From: Chrysomallon squamiferum
Lineage: Eukaryota > Animalia > Mollusca
NCBI GenBank assembly: GCA_012295275.1
Contig: CM022666.1
Span: 2,852,001-2,916,000, forward strand
DNA: 64,000 bases
Reading direction: 5' to 3'
A program made the position numbers and the translations under genes. Below are positions 13,450-26,945 of the stretch, one piece after another; within the stretch, counting starts at the first letter, position 1, and every line of letters starts with the position of its first letter. A model generated the notes under the pieces. The model searched no databases, was not told the origin of the DNA, and worked only from the letters and a program-made list of their open reading frames with translations.

Positions 13450-14500
13450 TGCATGCAAGATAAACTTCATTGTTTATAATGTGAAACGTGGGTCGTATTT
13501 CATAATAATGAATTATTTTTGATGTGGATGTGGAAAATTAATGTTTATGTACAAAAGAATTTAATACTTCTTTTTGTATGAAATAAAATTAAACATGAAA
13601 AATTAAACCTCTGTAGGTGAAACAAACTAATTGCTTATATGTGAAATATGTATCGTATATGGTTAGTAATTTTATAATGTTATGGGAAATTAAATTGACA
13701 AAAAGAATTTAACACTGGTTTTTGTATGAAAAAACATTAACCACGAATATGTTTGAAATAAACTGACTGTTTCCACATGAAATATATATGATAATGTTAC
13801 ATATTAATTACCTACGATATATTTTTTTTATATGTTATGGAAAATTAATGACGTGGATGTATAAAAGAATTTCACACTTGTTTTTCAGTGAACAAAATTA
13901 ACCGTAAACACGTTTGAAATAAAGTGACTGTTTATACGTGAAATACATACCATACTGTTGCATATTAATTACCTATGATATTTTTTATATATTATGGAAA
14001 ATTATTGACGTGGATGTATGAAATAAATTAACTATGTCATTGTGTGAATCAAACAGATATTGTTTACCTGTGAAATACCTATCACACTGCTACTAAATAA
14101 TTACTTTTAGTGCTTAATAAAATTAACAATGTGGCTTTGTAACAGAATTTAACACTGTTTATGCAGTAAGTAAAACAAATGTGTGAAACAAACTGACTGT
14201 TTATACATGAAATATGCTTCGTACTGTTACATATAAATTACCTTGTAATATTTTTAACATTGCAGGAGATTAACATGACTGACATAACATTTAGGACCAT
14301 AATCATAGACACACACACACACACACAAAGAGATCTATATATACATATATATTACAAAATACACATTATATTGATATATATACTGATATATATGCCATTA
14401 ATTATTGATGATATTTTAGTGTTACAAAGAATTAACATCAAAGAATATGTAAAATAAAAGATTCTGTATGTGAACAAGCTAAATGTAAAATAAATTCATA
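13450..14500. repeat. Degenerate ~150-bp tandem repeat
   Basis: Recurring AAAGAATTTAACACT..., TGAAA(C/T)AAACTGACTGTTT..ACGTGAAATA and ATATTAATTACCTA blocks. Confidence 0.8.
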
Positions 14501-14524
14501 CATAGACCGATACATCAAATACAC

Positions 14525-14528
<4 letters not shown>

Positions 14529-14558
<30 letters not shown>

Positions 14559-15246
14559 TGTATGTATGTATGTATGTATGTATACCTGTCTGTCTATCTG
14601 TCTCTCTGTCTGTCTCCCCTGGATACTGAAATTTCGTTACGATGTGTGTTAGTTTTATGATTCTTCTCAATCAGGCTAATATTAAAAATGTATGGCACGA
14701 TTACCTAGGAGAATATTTTATTAATATAAATAGTTCCCTGCGTGGGAAGAAGTAAAATAAACATTTAAAAATATCTTTGAGTCAACAGACCACCTTAAAA
14801 AAGAAAACGCAGGCAAATATTGATCAGCGTGAAGTTGTGCTAATGAAAATATTACTGCTCTATTACGAAAGCCATCATTTGAATTCAAAAGACATTAAAA
14901 TCTATAATAAAAATATTGATAGGGACTGAATACATGTGTATATGTACACATAAATACACCTTTATGCCTTTATCTATTTATATATTTGAGAGTGAGTGTG
15001 TGTGAGTGTATCTGAGTGTATCTGTTTATGTGTGTGTATATATATATGTGTGTGTGTATGTGTGTGTCTATGTATGTATGTATGTATGAATGTGTGGATG
15101 TATTATATGAGTGTATGTATATGTGTGTGTGTTTGTATGTATGTATGTATGTATTATTTGTGTATATGTGTATGTATATATGCATGTTTTATGTATGCAT
15201 GTATATAGTATATGATTGTGTGTATGTATGTATGTATGTATGTATG

Positions 15247-15278
<32 letters not shown>

Positions 15279-15292
15279 TGTATGTATGTATA
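14529..15292. repeat. (TATG)n and TG-rich low-complexity tracts (14529-14583 pure; about 14990-15292 mixed)
   Basis: Read directly; these tracts produce the MYVC/HTYI ORFs. Confidence 0.9.
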
Positions 15293-15538
15293 TACTTCCT
15301 TCCACTAGACAAACCCACACACTACATCCCCAACTACAAAAAAACACAAAAAACCCTCCAACCTCACAGAACATCTTCTACTGGACTAGACAGAGAGAAA
15401 AAAAACTTTAATTCAAACAACAAAGCTTGCTTTACCAACCAACCGACGACCACTGGGACCTCAAAACGATGAGTTTCCATTAGCACTTGATCTTGATTTA
15501 CGACAACAGCATAACCATTTCCTTCTCAAAGCATCACA

Positions 15539-15612
<74 letters not shown>

Positions 15613-15949
15613 TGAGCATTGCGTAATTACACCAGAGGTTACACGCTGGCTCGTCACCTATCTGTATCAGAACTCAATCCTATTAGTGTCCGAGCTAAGC
15701 CTCTTACAACCAAATGAGCTTTTTTTCCATTCCATCCTTGAGCAGGAGAGCAAAAAAAAAAAAAAAAGAAAAAAGAAGAAGAGAAAGAACAAAAAAAAAA
15801 CAAAAAATGACGAAAAAAAAAAAAGAAAAAAAAAAATAATAATAATAATGATAATGATAATAATAACCCAGAATACCAGGGGCTGATTATTTTGATTAAG
15901 GAATAATAATTAATCTAAACAGCAGAGAGAGAGAAGAGAAGAGATTTGT

Positions 15950-16505
15950 CACCAGATAATGGGTTAACATGATTTATTTAACAACTCTGGCACATTGTGC
16001 AAAGGGTTAATGTGATTTATTTGGGAGAAACCGTCACAGCACTTAATGTGTTAACGCCATCCATAACTCAATGTCAAAGCACGTAATGAGTTAAAAAATT
16101 ACTTCAACAACAACGGAAAGTGTTTGCAGCAGTTAAAGAGTTAACACAATTCATTTTAAAAAAAAAATAACTAAAACTATGGCTGTTAATGGGTTAACAC
16201 CATTTAGTAACACTGGCACCACACTTAATCACTCAAAACAATCTGTTTAGTTACATTGGCACCATGGGCTAAAACAGTTTATCTAGTAAACTGAAAATCA
16301 TTGTTTCAGTTGTGTAACAGGAGCACATATCTCAGAAATCGGATTATGTAATGTCCCCCCGGTATCATTTGTTTAGCAAGTCAGCAGTTAATGGGTTAAC
16401 ATTATGTATTAATCAACACATATTACCATCAGTTATTGGGTTACATAATTTATTTGTGGCTCAGTAGGTAAAGGGTTAGCATAATTTATGGAGCGATAAA
16501 CATAT

Positions 16506-16595
<90 letters not shown>

Positions 16596-17425
16596 GCATG
16601 TTTAATTAATTTAACAGAACACAGGAGCTGCAGGTAACAGCTTAACATAATTTGTTAGGTAGCACTTAGGCTCGATGGGTAATGGGTCAACATTATGTTG
16701 GTAAGTAACAGTCACAGCATGCAAGTGTTTAATGTAAATTTGTCAGGTAATAGATGGACAGGCACCACAGGCAATGGGTTAACATAATTTATTTAATGGC
16801 ATGCAAGCAGGAGAGTTAATGGGTTATTAACATAATTTATTTACCAGTAGCTTTAGTAGCATTTAGTCATACCAAGCAATGGTCTGACAAACACTTTATA
16901 AAGTAACACAAACTTAACTGGTAATCAGTTAACAGTATTTATCAGGTTTAACAGTTAATGGGGTTAAAACAAAGCAGGATACCTCTGTTCTTGTTGATGA
17001 GTAAGTAAGTAAGAAGATAATAATAATAATAATATTAATATTGATTTTTCTTTTATGAATATAATAAATAACACATACAATTAACATAAGTTATTGAATT
17101 CATATTATGTTTAGTAGTCAAAGGGTTAAAAAAAACTAAATTAAAAAAGATCACCTATTTATTGTTTGTTGGAAAATGAGTTAAAGAATAAGAATATATC
17201 TTGGATTTATTAAGCAACACTTTTACTTGGCAGGTAAAGGGTTAACATAATTTATGAACTGATTCATACTATGCTTAATAGTCAAAGGGTTTAAAAATAA
17301 AAATAAAATAAAAACAGGATCACCAACCTTTATTTAAAAAAAATGAATGAGATAAAGGATAAAGAACATAACTTGGATGTATTAACTAACAGATAAAAGC
17401 AGAACTTAAACTGGGTTAAACCAAA
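15950..17425. repeat. Degenerate ~40-45-bp array of A(A/T)GGGTTAA-CATAATTTAT motifs, interrupted by (GA)n
   Basis: The motif occurs at about 15958, 16002, 16046, 16085, 16136, 16188, 16390, 16436, 16471, 16681, 16773, 16818, 16957, 17120, 17175, 17236, 17284 and 17412, all in the same orientation. Confidence 0.8.
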
Positions 17426-17606
17426 GTATAATCACAACAACCTTAATATAGAAAATTTTTTTTTTAAAAATTTCAAAATTTCAAATGACAAAAATTCATT
17501 TAAAATATTCTCCAATCTTATTTTTCTCAAGATACTGAAACAACGCAGATTTATTGCCAACGCACTTTCAAACCGAAGCGTCCCGAAGTGGTGGGGGTGG
17601 TGGGGT

Positions 17607-17616
17607 GTCACGTGAC
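17607..17616. promoter_or_regulatory. Perfect extended E-box (CLEAR/USF/MITF type)
   Basis: Palindrome GTCACGTGAC inside the GC/CpG-rich block 17540-17800. Confidence 0.4.
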
Positions 17617-18031
17617 TCCCATTTCCCCCCCACTGACAACAGTCGACATGCCTGGCCGAACATTCGGAAAATAGCATTAAAACTGACAATTGATTTTTAT
17701 CGCCAGCCACTCACCCGTGTCACACTGCTGTGATGTTTAGGTGTCTGGCGAGATACTGAATATACTCCACGCTTATATAACCCATTTGACGCATAACAAC
17801 ATACACAGTGAAACACAAAAAAACAGCTCACATTCTGTATGTATGTACGTACATACTAGTGTGAGAACACTGACAAGACTTGGATACAAGGTAAAAAAAA
17901 AAATATATATATATTTGAGGAAATAAAGGATTCCTTTTATATTATTACTACTATTATTATTAATATTATTATTATTGTACATTAACAAATGCTTTATTTT
18001 TAGCACAAACATTAGTGGTTACGAAGACAGA

Positions 18032-18071
<40 letters not shown>

Positions 18072-18497
18072 CAGATAAATTTACAGTCAGTGGACTGTTT
18101 GTGAATATTCACTGTTGCATGTAGCAGTTTTAAGATCAAGCTGTGTTGTTGGGTAGTTGTGGAAAAAAAAAAAAAAAAACCCAAACAGCTAATATGTTTT
18201 TAATGTGTGACGTTGGTACTTGGTTGTGTGGTGGAAAAACCTGTTGGGTTGTATGGTTAGCAGAGTAAGAAAAAAAAAAAAAAAAAAAAAATCCAGAAAA
18301 AAAAAGAAAAGAAGAAAAGACATACATATGCAAATAAAGGTAGAGCGATGTATAGAAAAGATTTACATAAATAGATTACTGTCTGTCTGACTGTCTGTCT
18401 GTCTGTGTGTGTCTCTTTCTTTAGGTTTCTTTAAAGGTAATAAATTATTTATAAACATGCATAGATTGGAACAGAGATATTCAGACTTGAAAAAAAC

Positions 18498-18594
<97 letters not shown>
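18498..18594. repeat. (GA)n microsatellite
   Basis: Read directly. Confidence 0.95.
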
Positions 18595-18596
<2 letters not shown>

Positions 18597-19119
18597 CACA
18601 CATCCACATATCAAAGCTTTAAGTCAAATATGTACAAACCCGAACAATATCGCATTTTCACTCACACTAATCCAAAAATATTAAAATTATTATATAAAAT
18701 ATAGCCACCATAATAATAAGCTAAACAATATTAGTGTTTATCAACTCCACACACACACACACACAAAATATCTCTGTTACCATATACTAAACTAAACAGT
18801 CAATTATTTTTACACATCACAGTGACTTACAGTTAAAACACACCATGCATGATAAACATTTATCACTGTGCCCTCCGGATACTGTCCCAAGGTTAAAGTA
18901 TGCCTGCACTGGACCACAACAAAACCTGTCTGTCCTGCATGGTGTCAATAGGTGAATGTTTGACACTGGAGATGAACTCGTGAACATTGCAGCATTGTAA
19001 TTCGCGAAAAAGCCCTGCGGGTAAACCTTACAGATCATCAAGCCTTTTATTTCAAACAGTAAGAAGACCACTTTGTCATAGATTCATCAAAGGAACAGAC
19101 TAAAACGGGAATTAAGTGT

Positions 19120-19730
19120 GTTATTTTTGTGCTGCAGCATATACAAACAATGTATGCATGTGTTTAAATGTCTATACAAAATGATGACAACTTTGTCATC
19201 TTTTACCAAAAAAAGAAAAGAAAGAAAAAAAAAAGACATAAATAAGAATTAAACATGTGTTTCTTTTGTGCGTCAGTATATTTACAAAGGATCTGTCTGT
19301 TTAAAATCCCACACAATAAGAAGAGCACTTTATCAAACAAACCAAGAAAAAAGGATTTAAATGAGAATTAAATGTGTGTAGCATTGTTGTATTTGTATTT
19401 GTTGCAGTACATACAAAGCATGTGTTTGTGTTTAAAATTCTACCTAACAATTAAACCTGTGTTGAGTTTCATTTGTGCTTCAGTATATACATAGGATATG
19501 CGTGTTTAAGATTATACAAATGCATGGTAACTTTATAATACACACTGGAGAAAAAGATATTTCTGTGCGTTATGTTTCTTTTGTGATCCAGTATAGACAA
19601 AGAACAATTTCTTATTTCAAACAAGACCACTCCATCATCTGTTTTCATTTAAAATATCAGTCTGACATTACGAAAGTGACAAGTTAAAAATTTCATTTCT
19701 TTTGTTTTGCAGTATACACAAACGAACAAC
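19120..19730. repeat. Old degenerate tandem repeat (~100-140 bp spacing)
   Basis: A TTTGTG...CAGTATA.ACAAA block recurs about 6 times. Confidence 0.6.
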
Positions 19731-20000
19731 AACATGAATCTTCAGGGTTTTAAACTAGGACCACTGTGTTTTATGTATACACCAGAACAAACAAAATGAA
19801 GTGACATCATGAAAATCCAGCAGTAATCACAGACCATACATTTTATTTGTAACAGTATACATGATCTTTCTGTCATCTACCTGATACAAAAGATCAGTAT
19901 CAGTCCTTAATGGTTGGACTCACTCACAATCTACATACAGCTTACCTATCCAAAATCAAATACATACAAACACTTGCATGCATGTAAATGCACACGCACA

Positions 20001-20038
<38 letters not shown>

Positions 20039-20310
20039 TGCACACATTTAGCAGAAACACTGATAGACAAACTCACACACACATATATAAACATACATAC
20101 ATACACACACACAAACAAATCAAATGCCTTATTGAAAATATATATATAGCTTTGTATTTGTATTTAATGCAACTAATAAATAATAATTATTGATGAAAAT
20201 TACTTTATGCCTGGCTGTTCTGAAGTTAAACATATTTTTCATTGTTTTTCTAAGACAGCAATCAATACAAAATAACAAGCTGGGTATGTATGTGTATGTC
20301 TGTCTGTATG

Positions 20311-20343
<33 letters not shown>

Positions 20344-22263
20344 CTGTATGTATGTATGTGTATGTCTGTATGTATGTACACATATTTACACACAAGAAAA
20401 AAAATAAGAGTATATTTCAGATTAGGAAAGAAACTTGAAAGAAACAGACCCATTGTGAGTTAAATACAACAACAAATCAACAAATAAATGTTTTTCCCCA
20501 GGTACCAAAACACCTGTAATGAAACACCTAATCAAGGTGTAACAAAACAAAAACAAAAATCTCAGGTGAAAAACATAATTAAGGAAAAAAATTATTATTG
20601 TCATTACAATAAAATATTTTCTTCTTTTTCATAAAGATATTTAAACAGAAAGAAGCCATGTTTTTTTTACCCATGGGAAAATACCATGTGTTGTAATTTG
20701 GATTTTATTTTTTTTTTTCTTTTCTTAATCTGAGATTTCTTCAGAGCTTATGACATGTTCAGTAAATACCATTTTTTTTGCTTATCATAAATATTTAAAG
20801 AAGAAGACGACGATAAAAATGAAGAATAAAGGCAGCGAAGACAAAGAAGAAGAAAAAAAACCAAAGAAAATAATTAAACAGAAAAATGAAATAAAACTAA
20901 AAATAAAAATAAAAAAAAACAAGACAAACAAAATAAAAAAAAGATTAAAAAAAAAGTAAAATAAAAAAACAGAACATAAAAAAAATATATTATTCGGCAA
21001 ACAAAACCTTCAGCTTAAACCAACAAAATCGTCATATGTTTGTACCACATCATCATCGTCATCATCACGGCATCATCAGCATCAGCATCATCGTCATGAC
21101 AAAATAATCAAATTTATTCTGATAGCAGAAACATAATCTACGTGCATTAGACGCTGCTGCTGAAGCGCTAATCACAGTCTCCGGTTACTGCGAGCAAATC
21201 TCAACACAGCATCGTCTTGTGGGAGCGATGATGACGTTGGAAAGACATTACAGAGGCCATCTTTTTCAGGCTGGAACACAACAAACATCTGGTAAAACAG
21301 CGGAAAGCCAGGGAATTGGTTTTCATGCCACACCCAGTGGGGCTGTGTTTTTTTTTTTTTTTTTCTTGTTTTTTTTTTTTTTTTTTTTTTTTATAATCTG
21401 AAGCCTTTTTGCCTTGTTCATTTTTTCTTTTCCACAAGGAATTAAAGAAAGCCATTATTTTGTTGTTGTTTTTTCAGTAGATTTGTACGATTTGTAGAGT
21501 TATCAGAGGTAAAAATTAAATGATTAATTATTATTAAAAAATACAATGTTGTTGCTGTATTCTGTATATATATGTACACACACACACACACACAAATTAG
21601 ACTGTATATTTTGTTAAAATATTCTGTATAACTGTTAACTATTATATAATGGAGATAAATACACTATTATATAAAATATACAAACCTGTAAACATACACA
21701 CACATTATATATACTGACATGCACATCATGTATACAATTGTAAATATTCACATATGCATTCAAACACATAGATACACACACATACACACACACAGGCATT
21801 TAGATTTGATTACATACATGTTAAACACAGACATGCAAATGTCTCTCTCTCTCTCTCTACCTATGTATATCTCTCTCTCTCATACACACATACAAACATA
21901 AAAAAATTCAACACCTATTATACACAATGTTAACTATATAACTACCACATAACAGCTCCAAACAACAAATGATGAACACAGCACCATGAAGCAGTGTGTC
22001 TGTCTATCTGTGTGTGTGTCTGATATTAATGAACCATCAACACAACACATTTTCTGACTGCATACATAAACTGTTCATTAGCTCGGGCTTGTACAAATAA
22101 TTACACAGAGTTGCTAAAATGACAGTAATAATGAAATCAAACAGAAAAGATGCACATGGGTTCGTGATGGAATGAATATAAAGGACAGAAACATTGGGAA
22201 TAAAAGGGGTGGCACAATATACAGAGAGAACACATGTAAATTAATAGAAGGAATGAAAGGGTG

Positions 22264-22298
<35 letters not shown>

Positions 22299-23040
22299 TA
22301 TATACAAATAAAGGTTAATAAAAGATGACAGAATAGAATACAAAGGGAAGAAATGTAAGTGTCAGAAGAAATTATACATATTAAATTGTAAAATAAGGAT
22401 TTAAATAGATAAATAAAATAACATAAGCTGTAAATGTATAGGAAAATTTAGGAATAAATTTTTTTTTAAATAATAATATAATAAAAGAAAAAAGAAAAAA
22501 TAAGAAAATTTAAATGTCTAAGCACATAATAAAAAAAAGATAACAATAAAACTAAGAAAAAAAAAAAAAGAAATAGAAAAAACAACAACATGAGAATTTT
22601 GTTTTTTTGCACTATTGAGAAAACTCTATTCTGTCATTAATTGCCAAATAAATTTTTGATCTGTTTTCTACTCGAGGTGATGTCTCCGGTTTTTACACAA
22701 TCACCGAGGCATTAAACATTTATACCTTTTGTCTTTATTGTGACGCAAGCTGGGATGGGACCAGCCAAACACTGACACAGACCGCAAGAGTTTCATTTAC
22801 AATTCATTCTCACACACATGCAATACCCACACAGGTACATTAAAGTTTTACTGGTAGCTTACAGCAGAAAGACTGAGGAGTTGAATAAAATGACAATGAA
22901 TAGAATATATATATATATATATACAGTTTTCTCTCTCTCTCTCTCTCTTTCTCTCTATCTCTATTTTTTTTTCTTTCTTTTTTCTATCTCACTGTTTTTT
23001 TTATTTTCTTGCCCTCTGTGTTTCCCTGTTCCTTTTATTT

Positions 23041-23043
<3 letters not shown>

Positions 23044-23131
<88 letters not shown>
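23044..23131. repeat. (CT)n microsatellite, about 44 units
   Basis: Read directly. Confidence 0.95.
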
Positions 23132-23134
<3 letters not shown>

Positions 23135-24051
23135 AATTATTAAATCTAATAATAATAAATAAATAAATTTAACCAGCAACAAAATTCAGTTTCAATACAG
23201 CAAGATAAAGGTAAAACAGAGCTACCATTACATAATCAGAACATGGTTTTAATATTAGTAATAATAAAATAATTATGATGATGATGATGATGACGATGCT
23301 AATAATAAAAATAATAACAACAACAATTTAATAATAGTAACAATAATAACACCAACAATCTTCGGATCAATACAAATCAATTAACACCTAATCTTCAAAT
23401 TTCAAAAAAAAAAAAAATTTCAAAAATCTTTTCAACACAACTTTATGGATCTTTAAGTTCCATTAAAACAAAAGTATAATCACAACACAGCCCAGCCCAG
23501 CCCAGGACATTACTTCAATATCCTGTGTGTTTGTTATGCAGCCTCGGTACCTGATATTAATCCTGTTTTAATTTCCACTTATTTAGCTACACCCTAAAAC
23601 CCAAATACACACTGGATGCAAATATGTGTTGACTGGGGAAATGGGATACGTGAGGTATTTTAATTAGGCTTTGAGCTGGTATGGTTCAGTTTGTTCTTTC
23701 AACAACAAACACAGTTAAATATTATACACATGCAGGAGCTAAAATGAATGTCTGGAGACTGTGGAATTATAGTACAACTGAGGCAGGCCATGGGAGTTAA
23801 ATGTATTGGAAATTTCTGGGTTTTTGACGTATTGTGGAAATTACGAAGTTAGTTATTAAGTGGTATCGTATGTTGTAAGAATAAGAAAACGTTCCTAATT
23901 ATTCATTAGTATGTAAATATATACAAACAAAAACATAAATTTTCACCAATGCACCCACTCATACATGCATACACACACACACACACACGTAAATATACTT
24001 TATGTCTGTTGGTGTGTATGACAGATTCAATCACAGTGTAATATACATTTG

Positions 24052-24086
<35 letters not shown>

Positions 24087-24532
24087 ATATCTATCTGTCT
24101 ATCTATCTATCTTTATAGACATACAAACACATGGATTTATTCACACATACATACATACATACACTGTTACACACATTCATACACACAAACACATACAGAG
24201 ACCTACTGAAACACAAACACATCCCACATCTATATTTAACTATTTGAATTGTTTTGATATCAGTTTCTTACATGTAATGATTAAGTTAATAATGTATTGG
24301 CGGGTAGGTACTGGGTTCTTATCTAGGAAATGGCTCAGTTCCAGGAATGTAATAAAAGAGAAATAAACCATTTACACACTGACCTAGCACTAAGTTGGGC
24401 ACACAGCCTAATGCCCATGACAGGTGAAGGAAAAAATATTTAGGAAAAAAAAAAAAAAAAAAAAGAAAGGTAATTAGCTTAAACAATAAAAAAATGTAAT
24501 GTGGAAATGTATGTTTTTGTGTGGATGTTTTT

Positions 24533-24590
<58 letters not shown>

Positions 24591-26171
24591 ATCAAAAGAT
24601 GGATAATGTTTGTAGCTTTGTGAGTATGTATGTATGTATGTATGTATGTAAATGTTAGCCTGTCTTTCTGTCTGTCTGTCTGTATGTATGTATGTATGTA
24701 TATGAACATGTTTATATTTATATTATACTAATCACCACACACACACACACACACATACATACATACACACATACACACACACATACATACATACATACAT
24801 ACATACATACACACACATAAACACATATAAAAAAAAATTAAATAATTTCTTCCATATCTATTATCAAGTTCCATATTTATAAACTTTCAAAAATACAGCC
24901 AATCCTACTTTTCGGCTGTTAACAGACCTGAAAACAATTCATCATATCATGTTCTGAAGCTGGAATGATTCTTAGGGTCTTGTAAAAATAGAATTAACCA
25001 TTTTTTTAGGAAAAAAAAAAAAAAAAACAAAACAAAACAAAACACAACCCACCAACAAGTATCCCACCCTCCATTTTGCCTCTCTAATCTGTTCCAAATG
25101 TCTAAGTATGATCTGAGTTTGAGAAGAAACACAAGAATGAGAGATAGATGATTGGTAAATAATACATATACACAGCTCACTTCTTCCATCTGTTGTAAAG
25201 TGATTTTAGAAAAAAAAAAAAAATAATAATAAAAAAGAAAGATAAGAAGAAAAAGAAGAGAAAAGATAATACAAATATATGTACATTTGTGTATGCAAGT
25301 ATGTGAAAGTTACTGAATACATCTGTGTTTTAATATGTGTATGAGTTTTTATGAGTATTTATTTATGTTATGTGATTATGTATATGCATTTTTCTGTATG
25401 GGTGTTTGTATATTCTGAAATGTAAAAATATATTGTGTAATTGTACATGGTTAATTCAAATGTTTTTTATGTATATATTTTCAAACAGGCACCTTTCTGT
25501 GTTTATGTGTGTCTCTCCATGTGTCTGTATGTTTGCGTATGTTGTTTTAATGTGAATATATTTTAATTGCTGTTTGATATCTGAATCTGTCTTTATGTCC
25601 TGTGTTTGTCTGTTTAGAGTATGTATGCACAGATCTGTGTTTCGCCTGACTGAGCAGCTTTCTTTGTTATACTGTAACAGTTAATGCAAAAACACTTATT
25701 TTTCTTTCTTTCTTTCTTTTTTTTATCATTCTCTCTGTTTACCAGGTGAAAATAATAAATCACTTTTTCAAAAAAGAGAAAACAGCATGGTTCAATCATC
25801 TTGAGACACACATTCATGAGAATTCTGTCTGTTCTTGCCATAATGACAGAAACCGTTTACAATATTTTCTACTTTCACGCTTCACTGAACACAATGAAGA
25901 ATCCAACAACTTCACAGATTTTTTTTTTTTTTGGTGGGGTTGTTTTGTTTTTTTTTTTTTTTTGTTTGGTTGTTTTGTTTTACTTTACAGTTTCTCTGTG
26001 TTCTCTCACTAACTTTACACGTGTCAGAGGAATCCAAAACAACCATTTACATCATGTTTGGAACAAAGCATGTCAGACGTGTGGTATGAAGCGTTTCTGG
26101 TCCTCGGTTCATGTCATGCCTGGTTTCGCAGCAGTTCCGAACTTCAGTGAAACTTGGTGAAGTTTGCACGC

Positions 26172-26555
26172 CAGTTTTAGCAGGAGGCATGTTGAATTTG
26201 GTACGAGGCATTTTCAGTTTCAGTAAAGTCAGGTACCAGGATATCAGTTTTAGCAGTAGGCATGTCGAATTTGGTACGAGGCATTTTCAGTTTCAGTAAA
26301 GTCAGGTACCAGGATATCAGTTTTAGCAGTAGGCATGTCCAATTTGGCATGAGGCATTTTCAGTTTCAGTAAAGTCAGGTACCAGGATATCAGTTTTAGC
26401 AGTAGGCATGTCAGATTTGGCATGAGGCGTTTTAAATTTCATTAGAGTTAGGTAGGGACAAGGATGTCAAATCTGGAGTTAGGCATTTTCAGTTTATAAT
26501 AGAGTCAAGCACAAGGATGTCAATTTTTGTACAAGACAAGTCAAATGTGGTACAG
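26172..26555. repeat. 73-bp minisatellite, about 4-5 copies
   Basis: CAGTTTTAGCAG occurs at 26172, 26245, 26318 and 26391 (period 73); the central copies are near-identical. Confidence 0.95.
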
Positions 26556-26574
26556 ATTTCTTTTTTGATTTCAT

Positions 26575-26945
26575 CAAACAGATCAAGAACAATGTATTGA
26601 GAAACAGACTAGAACATAGAACAAATCAAGAACCTACTGGAAAGTTGACTAGAACAGAGAACAAATCAAAACCTACTGGAAAGTTGACTAGAACAGAGAA
26701 CAAATCAAAAACCTACTGGAAAGTTGACTAGAACAGAGAACAAATTAAGAACCTACTGGCAAGTTGACTAGAACATAGAACAAATCAAGAACATACTAGA
26801 AAGTTGACTAGAACAGAGAACAGATCAAGAATGACATATCAAGAAACAGACTATAACACAGAACAGATCAATAACATACTGCAAAAAGACTAGAACACAG
26901 AACAAATCAATAACATACTGCAAAAAGACTAGAACACAGAACAGG
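26575..26945. repeat. ~40-bp minisatellite, about 9 copies
   Basis: GACTAGAAC occurs at 26607, 26647, 26686, 26726, 26766 and 26806. Unit: GACTAGAACAGAGAACAAATCAAGAACCTACTGGAAAGTT. Confidence 0.95.

Noticed and set aside
14741-14748. Single Su(H)/RBPJ site CGTGGGAA, and scattered AP-1/CRE-like sites elsewhere
   Set aside because: These are isolated short motifs at roughly chance frequency.
15950-17425. Interstitial telomeric repeat
   Set aside because: GGGTTA occurs singly about every 40-45 bp, never in tandem.
18817-19071. 84-aa minus-strand ORF with a nearby GTAAGT as an internal coding exon
   Set aside because: The donor context is poor (ACT|GT), the acceptor phase does not fit the phase-2 first exon, and the peptide is unrecognisable.
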